Under the pieces are notes generated by a model that was given only the letters and a program-made list of their open reading frames with translations, ran no database searches and had not been told where the DNA came from. Below are positions 1 to 10,051 of a stretch of 64,000 nt of DNA, one piece after another. Location: assembly GCA_965209155.1 (NCBI GenBank), contig OZ242383.1:960001-1024000 (forward strand), written 5' to 3'. The number at the start of each line of letters is the position of its first letter. Position 1 is the first letter of the stretch. Position numbers and translations under genes: made by a program. This stretch comes from a bacterium. Its GTDB lineage: Bacteria > SAR324 > NAC60-12.

Positions 1-834
1 GTTCCAGAACGGTATCGTCAGCCAGGACAGGGGTTTGCCGTAAGGCAGGGTGATCGTGAACACGTCGATCACGTTCAGAAGCGCCAGGACGGCGAGATAG
101 GCCGCCGCCGTAGCGGCAACTGCTCGCAGAGCCGCGGTGATGATTCCGCCCTTTCGTACTTCCGGAATGAAGAAGGGGCGCAGGAACAGGTAACAGACAT
201 ACGCCGCCACCGCAGCAAAGCCCAACAGGATGATGGCCGGGAATATCCGCAGAAAAAGAAACGAGCCGTTCCCATCTTCGAACTGCATCCAGACCGCGTT
301 CAGCATCCCGATCTGCACCCGATCCTCGGCTTGGGTATCATAGATCAGCTTGAAGATCACCGCGGCGCCGACAAACGAGATCGCCATGGGCATGAAGATG
401 ATCGACTTGGCGATGTTGCCCCAGGCAATGCGGTCCGTCAGTTGGGCGATCAGGAGACCAAACGCCGTACACGCAGCGGGTACGACGCTCAACCACAACA
501 TGTTATTGCGCATCGCTTCCCAGAATTTCGTCTCGCTGAACATCTGCTGATAGTTCGCAAGACCGACAAACGCACCGCCCAAATCGCGGTCGGTGAGTGA
601 CAAGCGCAGTGTCTCGAAAACCGGGTAGACTATGTAGACCCCCATCATGAACATGGCCGGGAAGAGGAACAACCACGGTCGGACCAGGTTGGCGCGAGTG
701 ATGTTATTTCCGGCGTTCTCGCCGCGCGGCGGGAACAGGACTTTGTCGAGCAGCTGGTTGGAGAGGTAGAAGTAACTGAGGCAACCGCCGATACCGATGA
801 TGATGATGATGAGACCCTGGACTGCTGCGTTCAT
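1..834 (-). CDS. Carbohydrate ABC transporter permease, AglF/MalF-like (runs off the window edge)
   Basis: Manual translation from ATG at 834 (RBS AGGGAGG): MNAAVQGLIIIIIG...RPWLFLFPAMF...FVGLANY...MPMAISFVGAAVIFKLIY. Absent from the ORF track because it has no stop in the window. Confidence 0.85.
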   Translation of the reverse strand, partial: MNAAVQGLIIIIIGIGGCLSYFYLSNQLLDKVLFPPRGENAGNNITRANLVRPWLFLFPAMFMMGVYIVYPVFETLRLSLTDRDLGGAFVGLANYQQMFSETKFWEAMRNNMLWLSVVPAACTAFGLLIAQLTDRIAWGNIAKSIIFMPMAISFVGAAVIFKLIYDTQAEDRVQIGMLNAVWMQFEDGNGSFLFLRIFPAIILLGFAAVAAYVCYLFLRPFFIPEVRKGGIITAALRAVAATAAAYLAVLALLNVIDVFTITLPYGKPLSWLTIPFWN

Positions 835-886
835 GTCCGCGCTCCTCCCTGAATGTTGTCAATGCGTATCATACTAAACTCACTCA

Positions 887-1642
887 TCACCTCCCTGCGG
901 CTATTCCGCCGTCAATGACCAAGTCGCTGCCGGTGACAAAAGAGGACTCGTCCGAAGCCAGGTAAAGAGCGCCATAGGCCACGTCTTCCGGCTGGCCCGT
1001 GCGACCCAGGGGAATCCTGTTGAGCATTTTCTCTTGATATCCCTCCTCCGCCATCAAGTGGGCGTTCATAGTTGTTTTGATGCTGGCCGGAATTATGGAG
1101 TTGACGCGGATCCCTTCCCTGGCGTATTGAATAGCGGTGGACTTGGTCAAAAGCCGCACCGCAGCCTTGGACATGGTGTAGGTGCACGATGCCTCCATGC
1201 TGCCTTCCAGCCCAGCAATCGAAGAGATGTTGATCATGGAGCCGCCGCCCGCTTTCCGCATCTCGGGTATGGCGTGTTTTGTCCCCAGAAACGCGCCCTT
1301 GGCGTTTATTTCCAAATCCCGGTCCCACTGCTCGCTGGTGATCTCCTCCACCAGACCGGTCCGGTAAGTACCGGCGTTGTTCACCAGAACGTCCAGTTTC
1401 CCGAAGCGGGCGACGGTGGACGCCACGGCTTGCTGCCACTCGGCCTCGCTGGTGACATCCAACCGGACGAAGAGGCACGCGCCACCGGTTTCATTAATTT
1501 GTGTCTCGGTCTGACGCCCTTCTTCTTCCAGCACGTCTCCAATGACCACTTTGGCCCCTTCCCTGGCAAACAGCTTGGCCATCGCTGCGCCAATACCCCT
1601 GGCTCCCCCGCTGATAAAAGCGACCTTGCCTTTCAGTTTCAT
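887..1642 (-). CDS. Short-chain dehydrogenase/reductase (3alpha,20beta-HSD/cyclopentanol dehydrogenase-like), copy 1
   Basis: SGGARGIG, NNAG, YTMSK and VTGSDLVIDGG motifs. Confidence 0.93.
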   Translation of the reverse strand: MKLKGKVAFISGGARGIGAAMAKLFAREGAKVVIGDVLEEEGRQTETQINETGGACLFVRLDVTSEAEWQQAVASTVARFGKLDVLVNNAGTYRTGLVEEITSEQWDRDLEINAKGAFLGTKHAIPEMRKAGGGSMINISSIAGLEGSMEASCTYTMSKAAVRLLTKSTAIQYAREGIRVNSIIPASIKTTMNAHLMAEEGYQEKMLNRIPLGRTGQPEDVAYGALYLASDESSFVTGSDLVIDGGIAAGR

Positions 1643-1654
1643 GGTTTGCCTCTT

Positions 1655-2353
1655 CTATTGATGATTGATGGTTGTCCGTCTCCCCGCCAACCACTGGATG
1701 CCCCGCCCCACTACCGTTCGAAAACCGGGGTTTGAGTAAGCCTGGTTATCGTCCCCGCCCTGGTAGCAGAAGACCCTCGCCTTACCGAAGGTACGAGTCC
1801 ACGCGATCGTCTTCATACTCTGGGGATGATCGGTGGTGAGCAGGATGTGGCTATCCTCGTCCGCGTCGTCTATGTTATAGGTCTCGTCGACGATGTCCCA
1901 CGGCTTTAGTGATGCAGTGATGGGATGTGCGGTGTCCGCGACGTCGATGCGCACGGTCTGGTCGAAGGCGCACGGAATTGCGCCTCGCTGACGCATGCCG
2001 CTAAGCTCTCTCCAGAGCGGCCAGTCGGGAAAGGCTACCAGCGCGTGATGCAGCAGAAAAATCCCCTGGCCCCCATCACCAAGGCCCTCCAGCATCTCCT
2101 TTATGGCTCCGCTCTGCTTATCGGTTCCTGGCTCTGATTTGCCATCTTTTTCAGCGGGCGTGCTTTGGTGCCAGTTGAAGAACACGAGTACGTCATAGGT
2201 CCCTGGACCGCGTGCCGAGTCGAAAACGAAGTCCCACAGGTTCTGAGGGTAGGCATCGATTTCGGGAAGGGAGCGAAGCATGGACTGGAAGCCGACCACG
2301 TCATACTCGTGCTCGCCGGTAATCACGGCTGTTTTTATCTTTCCATTCTCCAT
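1655..2353 (-). CDS. ThuA-like domain protein (class I glutamine-amidotransferase fold), copy 1
   Basis: TGEH, HPIT, DETY and AWTRTFGKARVF motifs typical of the ThuA family. Confidence 0.85.
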   Translation of the reverse strand: MENGKIKTAVITGEHEYDVVGFQSMLRSLPEIDAYPQNLWDFVFDSARGPGTYDVLVFFNWHQSTPAEKDGKSEPGTDKQSGAIKEMLEGLGDGGQGIFLLHHALVAFPDWPLWRELSGMRQRGAIPCAFDQTVRIDVADTAHPITASLKPWDIVDETYNIDDADEDSHILLTTDHPQSMKTIAWTRTFGKARVFCYQGGDDNQAYSNPGFRTVVGRGIQWLAGRRTTINHQ

Positions 2354-2392
2354 GTTCCTGTCTCCTGTATTAGATTAAAGATTACAATGATG

Positions 2393-2531
2393 TGCCATCC
2401 CGGACTTGATCCAGGACCGGGATGATCCGGGATCCAGGTACCTGGTAGCTTTGCATATCGGTTCCACGTCAGCTGCTTCCGCGTACGGCTGGATTCCTGG
2501 TCAAGCCGCTCAGAGGACCGCCGGAATGACA
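2393..2531. repeat. Palindromic REP/RPE-like doublet
   Basis: gccatcccggacttgatcc...gggatccag facing ctggattcctggtcaagcc...ggaatgaca. Confidence 0.65.
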
Positions 2532-2552
2532 AAAATAGAAAATCACACCCAA

Positions 2553-2683
2553 CTAGTGCTCTGTCAACTTTAATTTGACGGTAGGGCCGGGTGACGTCCC
2601 GGCCTAAGAAACGCCACGCTCGCATTGGCCGGGGCGTCACCCGGCCCTACCATTAACTCGGCATTTTAAAGTTGACAATCTAG
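2553..2683. mobile_element. MITE with CTAG flanks, terminal inverted repeats and an internal GTAG-type hairpin, copy 1
   Basis: TGTCAACTTTAA...TTAAAGTTGACA inverted ends, CTAG on both sides, internal ggtagggccgggtgacg/cgtcacccggccctacc; near-identical copy at 58006-58139. Confidence 0.75.
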
Positions 2684-3705
2684 TTGGGCAGCAAGGCCAC
2701 GGAACGGATCTCGCCAAACTCCTTTTGCAGCTTTTGCCACGAATCACCCCCATCTTCGCTCAGGTACACATAGCCGAAGATGCTGGCCGCGACGATTACG
2801 TTGGGCCGCTCCCTGTGAGTGCTTATCCCATAAATAATGGAGTTGGGCTCTACCGGCAGGGACACCGGTTGCCAACTTTTCCCGGCATCCTGGGTGCGCT
2901 GTATGGCACCGGTGACACCGGGAATAACGTCGCCGTTGCCGACAAACATGACATCGGGGTTATCCGCTTTGATGACCATGCCGCGGCAGTAGGACACGTG
3001 ATCCGCTTCATGGAACTTGGGGAAATAGTGGTAATCCCAGCTTTCACCTTCGTCGTGGCTGGTAGCGATCCCAAAGGGAGAGGTACAGTAGACTGCGGAA
3101 CGGGCGCCAGTCTTCAGAGCCATACTGTGAATATCGCCCTGGAAGGGGTCAGGACCCAGGTCGGGCAGGTGGTTCCAGCTGTCGCCGCCATCCAGGCTCT
3201 TGTAAACCCCGTCAACCTCCATGCCAGCCCAGATGGTGTTGTTGTCCTTGGGATCTACGATCATGCAGGTGGTCCGCGGCGGCGAGGGAGGAAGTGGTTC
3301 AGAGATGGGGTAATTCATGTTTACGCCCATATGAAGCTTGCTCCAAGTCCGCCCCCCATCCCTGGAGCGGAATCCCTCGGGTCGCGTGCCCACGAATAGG
3401 GTGTCCGGGTCCGTGGGATCTACAGTCACCGACCAGATTTCAAGATCCGCTGTGGGGGCATCCAGGTTTTCCCAGGTCGCGCCGCCGTCTTCGCTGCGGA
3501 AAACGCCCACTTGGGATGAGGGGACTGATTGACAATCAGCACCGGCCAATACACGCCGGGGGTTGTCCGGATACACGCACAACGCCCTGACGTTGGACTC
3601 ATGCCAGATAGGTTGATTGATTTTGGTCCAGGATTCACCCCCGTCGGCACTCACGTTCAGCCCTTGGCCGGCGCCGCCGATAAGGATTGTGTAATCTTTT
3701 GCCAT
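2680..3705 (-). CDS. BNR/Asp-box beta-propeller protein (WD40/YVTN/VPS10-like), copy 1
   Basis: Repeated SxDGGxxW Asp-box motifs; no signal peptide evident. Confidence 0.88.
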   Translation of the reverse strand: MAKDYTILIGGAGQGLNVSADGGESWTKINQPIWHESNVRALCVYPDNPRRVLAGADCQSVPSSQVGVFRSEDGGATWENLDAPTADLEIWSVTVDPTDPDTLFVGTRPEGFRSRDGGRTWSKLHMGVNMNYPISEPLPPSPPRTTCMIVDPKDNNTIWAGMEVDGVYKSLDGGDSWNHLPDLGPDPFQGDIHSMALKTGARSAVYCTSPFGIATSHDEGESWDYHYFPKFHEADHVSYCRGMVIKADNPDVMFVGNGDVIPGVTGAIQRTQDAGKSWQPVSLPVEPNSIIYGISTHRERPNVIVAASIFGYVYLSEDGGDSWQKLQKEFGEIRSVALLPN

Positions 3706-3728
3706 CTCGCGTCTCCTTATTCGAGTTG

Positions 3729-3847
3729 CTAAAATAATGTTCGTGGCTGTTGGTGGAGTTTTTTATACTCCTTCTCCAGCCCTTGGTTCTTTACATATTG
3801 GGTGAGAGTCGCTTCATCTCCTCCCCAAAGTGTCTCTTTGACAGATG
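3729..3847 (-). pseudogene. IS200/IS605 TnpA (Y1) C-terminal remnant with internal deletion
   Basis: VKETLWGG joined directly to DEATLTQYVKNQG; the intervening FWxxGY segment is missing. Confidence 0.65.
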
Positions 3848-4580
3848 TCATATGTCCCTCTTTAGTTCCCTGTACAAGTAGCACGAAGCCTGATGACCAT
3901 CGCCCACTGGGTACAGAGGGGGAGGACGCTCGTGACAGATCTGCGTGGCGTGGGGACAACGACGGTAGAACTTGCATCCCACCCGATCGCCCTTTCCCAT
4001 CTCCTCTTCAACGGAGACCTCTACCTCCTCTTGCCATTTGGCGGAGGGATCGGGAGTGGGGATGGAGCTCATAAGGAACTGAGTGTAGGGGTGCTGAGGG
4101 TCATTGATGACTCCGGTGGCATCACCGGTCTCCGCGACGGACCCCTGGTACAGGATGAAGATACGGTCGCTGATCTGATACGCGGTGGAGAGGTCGTGGG
4201 TGATAAAGAGGAAGCTAATGCCGAAATCCTCCTTCAGCTTGAGCATGATCTCGAGGATCTGGGCTCTCAGCGAGGCATCGATCATGGAGACCGGTTCGTC
4301 GGCGACAATGAGGCGCGGTTTCAACATGAAGGCGCGGGCCACGATGATCCGCTGTCTCTGTCCACCCGAGAGTTGATGAGGGTATTTCCTCAAGATCTCC
4401 TCCGGTCTTAAGCCCACGACCTCCAGCGCCTCCTCGATCATCCTTCTCGCCTCCGCCCTGCCGCGGGCCAACTTAAATCCGGAGACGGACATATTGAACA
4501 CGTGATCAGCGCGATAGAAGGGGTTAAAGACGGCGTATGGGTCTTGGAAAACGGCCTGGCACTCGCGGCGGTAAGCCATT
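3848..4580 (-). pseudogene. Oligopeptide ABC ATPase (OppF/DppF), 5'-truncated
   Basis: [23 protein letters not shown] and C-terminal Cys cluster present; Walker A absent. Confidence 0.85.
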
Positions 4581-4835
4581 CGTTCTGGACCTTGACGAGG
4601 GTTTGGGTAACGACGCGCTGCATCACCACATCGAGGGCGCCTGTCGGCTCGTCGGCGATGATGACCTGGGGCTCGAGGACGATGGCCATGGCGATGCAGA
4701 CCCGCTGCTTCATCCCTCCTGAGAGCTCATGGGGGTACATACGGTAACCCGGCTCGGCAGGCCGACCAGGCCCAGAAGCTCTGTGATTCGCTCCTTCATA
4801 TCACCACGTTCCCGGGAGGCGGTATGAGCCTTGTC
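4577..4835 (-). pseudogene. Oligopeptide ABC ATPase (OppD/DppD) internal fragment, frameshifted
   Basis: LLGLVGLP, then [14 protein letters not shown]...[12 protein letters not shown] in a shifted frame. Confidence 0.8.
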
Positions 4836-5017
4836 GGTAACGCTCCTTAAGAGATCATCGACCCAACCCCTTTGTAGCCGCTTATGATGCCCACGGTTAT
4901 GCCCACCAAGAGGCCGGCTAACCCGGTAAAAATCCCGATAATGAGCGATTGCCTTAAGCCATGGATTATTTGATCGAAAACATCCCTGCCGAGGGTATCG
5001 GTGCCTAAGAGGTGCTC
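4833..5017 (-). pseudogene. Peptide ABC permease (OppC/DppC) fragment
   Basis: EHLLGTDTLGRDVFDQIIHGLRQSLIIG...SGYKG(G)WVDDLL with a 1-nt shift. Confidence 0.75.
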
Positions 5018-5471
5018 AAAACTGAAGGAACGAATAAAACAGGTGGAAAAGCGGATTCGTCAACGGATCCAATTAAAACCAGAGTTTAAAAAATTGTTAA
5101 CCGTCTCAGGGATCGGAACAATCCTCTCCTTAACCGTCATGTTAGAAACAGGAGAGATTAGTCGATTTCCCGGCGTGAGCGATTTTGTTTCTTATTGTCG
5201 AAATGCTCCCAGTAAAAAAACATCCAATGGAAAAAAGAAAGGAGAAGGGAATCGGAAAAATGGTAACAAATACTTAGCCTGGGCTTTTGTGGAAGCGGCT
5301 CATTTTTCCCTCATCCATAATGAGCTGGCACGACGGTATTACCAGAAAAAAATATCAAAAACGAAATCGGTGGTGGCCATCAAAGCCTTAGCCAGTAAAC
5401 TGGCGCGAGCCAGCTATTTTGTCATGAGAGATCAAGTCGATTTTGAGGCCAGCCGTTTGTTTGGAAAATAA
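5018..5471 (+). mobile_element. IS110-family recombinase C-terminal fragment (Tnp20 domain); RuvC-like N-terminus lost
   Basis: LLTVSGIG, SYC..P...TSNGKK, GNKYLAWAFVEAA and AIKALASKLAR motifs. Confidence 0.85.
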
Positions 5472-5800
5472 GATGCTTTAAGAAAGCTTAAATCGAATGA
5501 TAACGGAGACCGTGAACCATCATTGGGGTTGGACAACGAGCCATTGGCCTGATTGGAAAGCGGTCTCCAACCCTTCAGATGAATGCGATACAATTTTCGA
5601 ACGCCCTTGCGGTGAGCCATCAAGGGGATGGACGCGGACGGAACCGTGAGCCAAAAGCCTGTACAAACTATTGGACACAACAAGGTACATATGTTTTTCT
5701 GGGGCAAATTATTTTGCCAGGGGAGTCGGGACCTGAGGATCGGCCCACTCCTTGATCCTGATGAGTGACTGGAGCGTTTCTTTGATCAAATTTGAAGAAA
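5472..5800 (+). ncRNA. Structured non-coding end of the IS110 element, candidate bridge/seek RNA
   Basis: About 330 nt without a credible ORF directly after the recombinase; stem ggagaccg (5505-5512) pairs with cggtctcc (5561-5568). RNA function is inferred. Confidence 0.4.
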
Positions 5801-5955
5801 TGACTCAAACTCTTGAAATAAATGGTGCGATTATTAAAAATTGTAGTGTTGAATCCTGAAGACTACACGCAAATTGGTTACCCTGATTTGTGGACGGGAA
5901 AGTATTTTTTTCTTGCCTATCCCTCTAATGAGTGAGTGACCCCGATTCCCGATTT

Positions 5956-6924
5956 CTAAGCGAAGGGGTTGATCAGTCGGGCGAGGAATCCTTTTTTGCG
6001 TTTCACCTTCGCGGTGCCGTAACTGCCCTGACCGCCTCGCAGTCGGGGGTCGAGCAGGTCCCTCACTGCGTCGCCGAACATGTTGAGGGAGTAGACGACA
6101 ATCGTCAGGCACAGCCCCGGCCAGATCGCCAGCCGTGGGGCCATCTCCATGAACTGGCGCCCTTCCTGGCTGAGCATGACTCCCCAGCTGGGAACCCCGA
6201 TGGGCAGACCGAATCCCAGGAAGCTCAGAGAGGCCTCAGACAGAATCACCCCCCCGATGTTGATGGAGAAGATGATGATGATCGGCGCCACAATATTGGG
6301 CAGCACATGTCGCAGGAAGATTTGGCTCGTGGGGGTGCCCACGGCCCTGGCGGCCAGAAAGTAGTCATTCTCTTTAATGCCGATCACGGCGCCTCTGACG
6401 ACTCTTGAGCCACCGATGCCTCCGGCGATGCCCAGGACCAGTATTATCTGTGGTATACCCCGTCCCACTATGGACATGATGGTTAACAACAGGAGCAGAC
6501 CCGGAAAAGCCATCCAGGCATCGACAAATCTCTGCACAGCCAGGTCCAGTTTACCACCAAGGAATCCTGAAGTACCGCCTATCAGGACCGCCACCACAAC
6601 ATTAACAGCGGTCGCTGACAGACCGACGACTAACGAAACACGAGCCCCGACGAAAAGGCGGCTCAGGAGGTCTCTCCCCAACTGGTCGGTACCCAGCAGA
6701 TACCGGGTTGATGGGCCAGTCAGCCGGTCTGCCAGGTGCATTTCCCAATATGGATAAGGAGCCAGAACATTGGCAAAGATAGCCACAAAAATCAATATCA
6801 ATATGATAATCCCGCAGGCAGTACCCAGTGGCTTCTCCCTGAGAAGCCTGATAAAGAAATCAGCCAGCCGGCCCCGTCGCTTGGGCTCCTTGATGGCGGA
6901 GGGTTTCTCTTTGGTGTTATTCAT
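5956..6924 (-). CDS. Peptide/nickel ABC permease, DppC/OppC-like
   Basis: LGTDQLGRD, EAA-like loop, SLSFLGFG and GDAVRDLLDPR. Confidence 0.93.
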   Translation of the reverse strand: MNNTKEKPSAIKEPKRRGRLADFFIRLLREKPLGTACGIIILILIFVAIFANVLAPYPYWEMHLADRLTGPSTRYLLGTDQLGRDLLSRLFVGARVSLVVGLSATAVNVVVAVLIGGTSGFLGGKLDLAVQRFVDAWMAFPGLLLLLTIMSIVGRGIPQIILVLGIAGGIGGSRVVRGAVIGIKENDYFLAARAVGTPTSQIFLRHVLPNIVAPIIIIFSINIGGVILSEASLSFLGFGLPIGVPSWGVMLSQEGRQFMEMAPRLAIWPGLCLTIVVYSLNMFGDAVRDLLDPRLRGGQGSYGTAKVKRKKGFLARLINPFA

Positions 6925-6946
6925 GATCCCGATTTTTCTATAATAC

Positions 6947-7077
6947 AGTCCTGGAGGGACGAAAGGTAATAGCCCAGCGATTCATCGTTGGGAAAGGAAC
7001 CCCCCCTCCTCAGCTAGTCCCAGAGGGACGACACTTCTTCGATCTAGCGAGTTACTCCCTTTCGTCCCTCCGGGACT
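6947..7077. repeat. Intergenic REP-like inverted repeat cluster
   Basis: agtcctggagggacgaaagg (6947-6966) inverted to cctttcgtccctccgggact (7058-7077); a third partial copy at 7016-7031. Confidence 0.7.
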
Positions 7078-7125
7078 TCTTCTTACAGACGAATCTCAAA
7101 CCCATATTTACCAGAGGCATAACGA

Positions 7126-8133
7126 CTATTCATACCGCACCCTCGGGTCCAAATAGGGATAAATCAGGTCGATCATTAGATTTATTGCTAAAATCGCAGT
7201 GCCGAAAACCAGGTTTACTCCGGAGACCACCGGGTAGTCTCTCTCCGTGAGGGCAACCAGCAGGAGACGACCGAGGCCCGGCAGGTTGAAGATGTTCTCC
7301 ATGATCACGGCGCCCCCGACCAGGATCGGCAACTGCAGACCGATCAGGGTCACCACCGGGATGAGGGCATTTTTGATGGTGTGTCTGATCACCACGACCC
7401 GCTCCTTGAGCCCCTTGGACCAGGCCGTCCGGATATAGTCCTGCCTGAGCACCTCCAGCATCATGGTGCGCGTCATCCGCATGGTCTCGCAAGAAGCGGC
7501 CGTCCCCAGAATCAGGCTGGGAATGAATAACCCCTTGAGACTTCCCAGTGGGTCTTCGGTGAAAGGAATGTATACCAGAGGGGGCGCCCAGCCCCACCAG
7601 ATTGCCGGGAAGATCATGACCATAAGTGCCAGCCAGAAGTTAGGCGTTGCCAGGCCGATGATGGCGGCGGTGCGCCCAGCGTAGTCGGCGGCCGTATCCT
7701 GGCGAATCGCCGAGTAGATGCCGACAGGCAGGGCTATCAGCAGCCCGATTACGATTGCCATGACGCCAAGCTCAAGGGTGACCGGCAGTCTATCTATTAT
7801 CTGCTCCTCCACCGCCCCCCGGCCAATCAGTGATTCGCCAAGGGTGCCCTGGAGGAGACCGTTGAAACGCGACTCCATGCTAAACGGGTCAGGGGTCGGC
7901 AACACTCCTAGCCAGCGTCCATACTGCACGGGCACGGGCACGTCTAATCCCAGCATACGCTTAAGAGCTTCACGGTCAATCTCGAATGCCAGCACCCCCT
8001 CCGCTTCCATCTTAGCCACCATGGCGTCTATCATATCGCCGGGGATGAAGCGGACCGAGAGAAAGACTATGATGGTCAATATCCATAAGGTGGGAATTAT
8101 CAGCAATAACCGCCTGATGATATAGGCTTTCAT
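7126..8133 (-). CDS. Peptide/nickel ABC permease, DppB/OppB-like
   Basis: YIIRRLL, DYIRTAWSKGL, FNLPGLG and LDPRVRY. Confidence 0.93.
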   Translation of the reverse strand: MKAYIIRRLLLIIPTLWILTIIVFLSVRFIPGDMIDAMVAKMEAEGVLAFEIDREALKRMLGLDVPVPVQYGRWLGVLPTPDPFSMESRFNGLLQGTLGESLIGRGAVEEQIIDRLPVTLELGVMAIVIGLLIALPVGIYSAIRQDTAADYAGRTAAIIGLATPNFWLALMVMIFPAIWWGWAPPLVYIPFTEDPLGSLKGLFIPSLILGTAASCETMRMTRTMMLEVLRQDYIRTAWSKGLKERVVVIRHTIKNALIPVVTLIGLQLPILVGGAVIMENIFNLPGLGRLLLVALTERDYPVVSGVNLVFGTAILAINLMIDLIYPYLDPRVRYE

Positions 8134-8138
8134 AAACC

Positions 8139-9950
8139 CTAATGCCCCATTGCTTCCTTCAGCTCACTATCAATCCAGAGGCGGGCTAAGAATGACTGGG
8201 TTTCACCCATTCCTATTCTTATTTCGGCGTTATAACCTTTGACCCACGGCTGCCAAGCTTGGAACTGTGGGGTTTCGACCCCATATACGAATGAGTGCTT
8301 GGCTGTCGTGTACATAATTGCCTCTTTGCCCAGCCTATTCTGCTCCTCAAGGGTGGTAACGGCGTTTGCTTTGTCCCACAGGGCGTCATATTCGGGGTCT
8401 TTCAGGGACCAGTGCTGGCCGGAATCTGAATGAAACGACCACAGATGATCGGGGAGCCTATACCTGATGGCCACCGACGCGGATGTCATTCTGTAGGTAT
8501 CCTGATCTCCTTTTGTGGCCCCCACAATTGTCGGCCAATCCATACCAGCGTCTATCTCGATCACCACGCCAATCTGACGCCAGTATCCCGCGACCAGTTC
8601 TGCATAGCTCGGATCGAACCGTTCATAGTAGGCCATGCGGGTCTTGAATCTAATGCCGTCCGCGCCGCGGGTAAGCCCAGCCGCATCAAGCAACGCTTCT
8701 GCACCTTCCGGGTCATAGGTATAGCCTTTCTTCACCTCTTCGGGCCACTCCTCAAATGGCGTGCCAAACGGCATATCATTGGCTATATATCCCTGCGGAG
8801 TCGCATTGCCATAACCCTTATAGAAGGTATTCACAATGGTCTCGCGGTCCACTGCCATATTCATTGCCTGGCGCACCCGGATGTCATTCCAGGGCGGTCT
8901 GTGCACACCGACGAAAACGAAACTCTGGTCGGACCGATACGTAATAGGCCCCAGCTCAATTTCGGGGTCGGTCCGCTGGAGGCTCTCTATCTGGTCGATC
9001 GACCTTAATTGAGAGTCGCCGACAGTCCCCAGCATATCAATCGTACCCGTGCGCAGTGCCGCCAGACGGGTTGCCTCATCTGGCATGAACAAGGTTATTA
9101 CCTTGTCAACATAGGGCAAGCGGTTCTCCGGGTATTTTTCGTCGTAGGCCCAGTAGTCAGGATTTTTGGTCCAGGTCCTAGTGCTGTCTTCGACCAGCTC
9201 CGTCAGCTCATAGGGTCCGGTGCCGACCGTGTTCCGCCAATCCTTATAGTCGCCGTGTTGCTCGATGACCTCCGGAGGGTAGATCACAGCAACCCAGTGA
9301 ACCAGGAGATTTAGCAGGGCACGAAGGTCTGGCTCCTTCAGCTTAAAAACAACCGTATATTTGTCGGTGGCCGTTATCGACTCGAAATTGTCTGGCTTCA
9401 ACCCACCTACCACTGGGCTAGGGCCGGCTTCACTGAACTTGCCCAGCCCCAATAAACGATGCCAGTTATATTCGACATCCCTGGCCGTCAATGCTCTCCC
9501 GTTCACCGGTGCCTTGTCGTGCCAGTTAACGCCCTTTCGGATGTTGAAGATAATGGTTGTATCGTCGGGCGTTTCCCAGCTTTCCGCCAGTGCCCCTTTC
9601 CGGGAAGGTGGAGGTGGGTCTGCAAAGTACCGCCAGTCCCATACGTCCCTATCTATTCCCCAGTTCCCGATGCCGAGCATCTCATTAACCAAACCGATGT
9701 TATGGGTCGCCCAGCCAGAAATGTACCAGACATCAGAATGCGCAGCCCAACTGACCCGGCCATAGGTTATTGTCCCGCCATACTCAGGTGCACTCACCAT
9801 TTTACCAGTGGTCGGATCTTTGACCATCTTTTTCTCAGCCGCAATGGCCAAACCGACCCCGAGGGCGGCCACCATCAGGGTGAGGGACAGCAGGATTGCA
9901 CTGAAGGTTGATTTGCTGTTTAGATTAAACATTGCGATTTTCGATTTCAT
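8139..9950 (-). CDS. Family 5 ABC substrate-binding protein
   Basis: Signal peptide; PEYGGT, LAESWE, GTGPY and DIRVRQAMNMAVDR; RBS GGAG before ATG 9950. Confidence 0.92.
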   Translation of the reverse strand: MKSKIAMFNLNSKSTFSAILLSLTLMVAALGVGLAIAAEKKMVKDPTTGKMVSAPEYGGTITYGRVSWAAHSDVWYISGWATHNIGLVNEMLGIGNWGIDRDVWDWRYFADPPPPSRKGALAESWETPDDTTIIFNIRKGVNWHDKAPVNGRALTARDVEYNWHRLLGLGKFSEAGPSPVVGGLKPDNFESITATDKYTVVFKLKEPDLRALLNLLVHWVAVIYPPEVIEQHGDYKDWRNTVGTGPYELTELVEDSTRTWTKNPDYWAYDEKYPENRLPYVDKVITLFMPDEATRLAALRTGTIDMLGTVGDSQLRSIDQIESLQRTDPEIELGPITYRSDQSFVFVGVHRPPWNDIRVRQAMNMAVDRETIVNTFYKGYGNATPQGYIANDMPFGTPFEEWPEEVKKGYTYDPEGAEALLDAAGLTRGADGIRFKTRMAYYERFDPSYAELVAGYWRQIGVVIEIDAGMDWPTIVGATKGDQDTYRMTSASVAIRYRLPDHLWSFHSDSGQHWSLKDPEYDALWDKANAVTTLEEQNRLGKEAIMYTTAKHSFVYGVETPQFQAWQPWVKGYNAEIRIGMGETQSFLARLWIDSELKEAMGH

Positions 9951-10051
9951 AAGATTCTCCTTAAATGAATGAATAAAGGTTGAGTTGATCTCATACCACT
10001 TAAAGGGCATTGCCCCTTGCCCCGCGTTTTTCGGCAGGTTGAGTTTTATGC

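Noticed and set aside
2335..2640. ORFs beginning MT(P/S)RPMRAWRFLGRD (also 57740-58093)
   Set aside because: They are read-through of the palindromic MITE, not genes.
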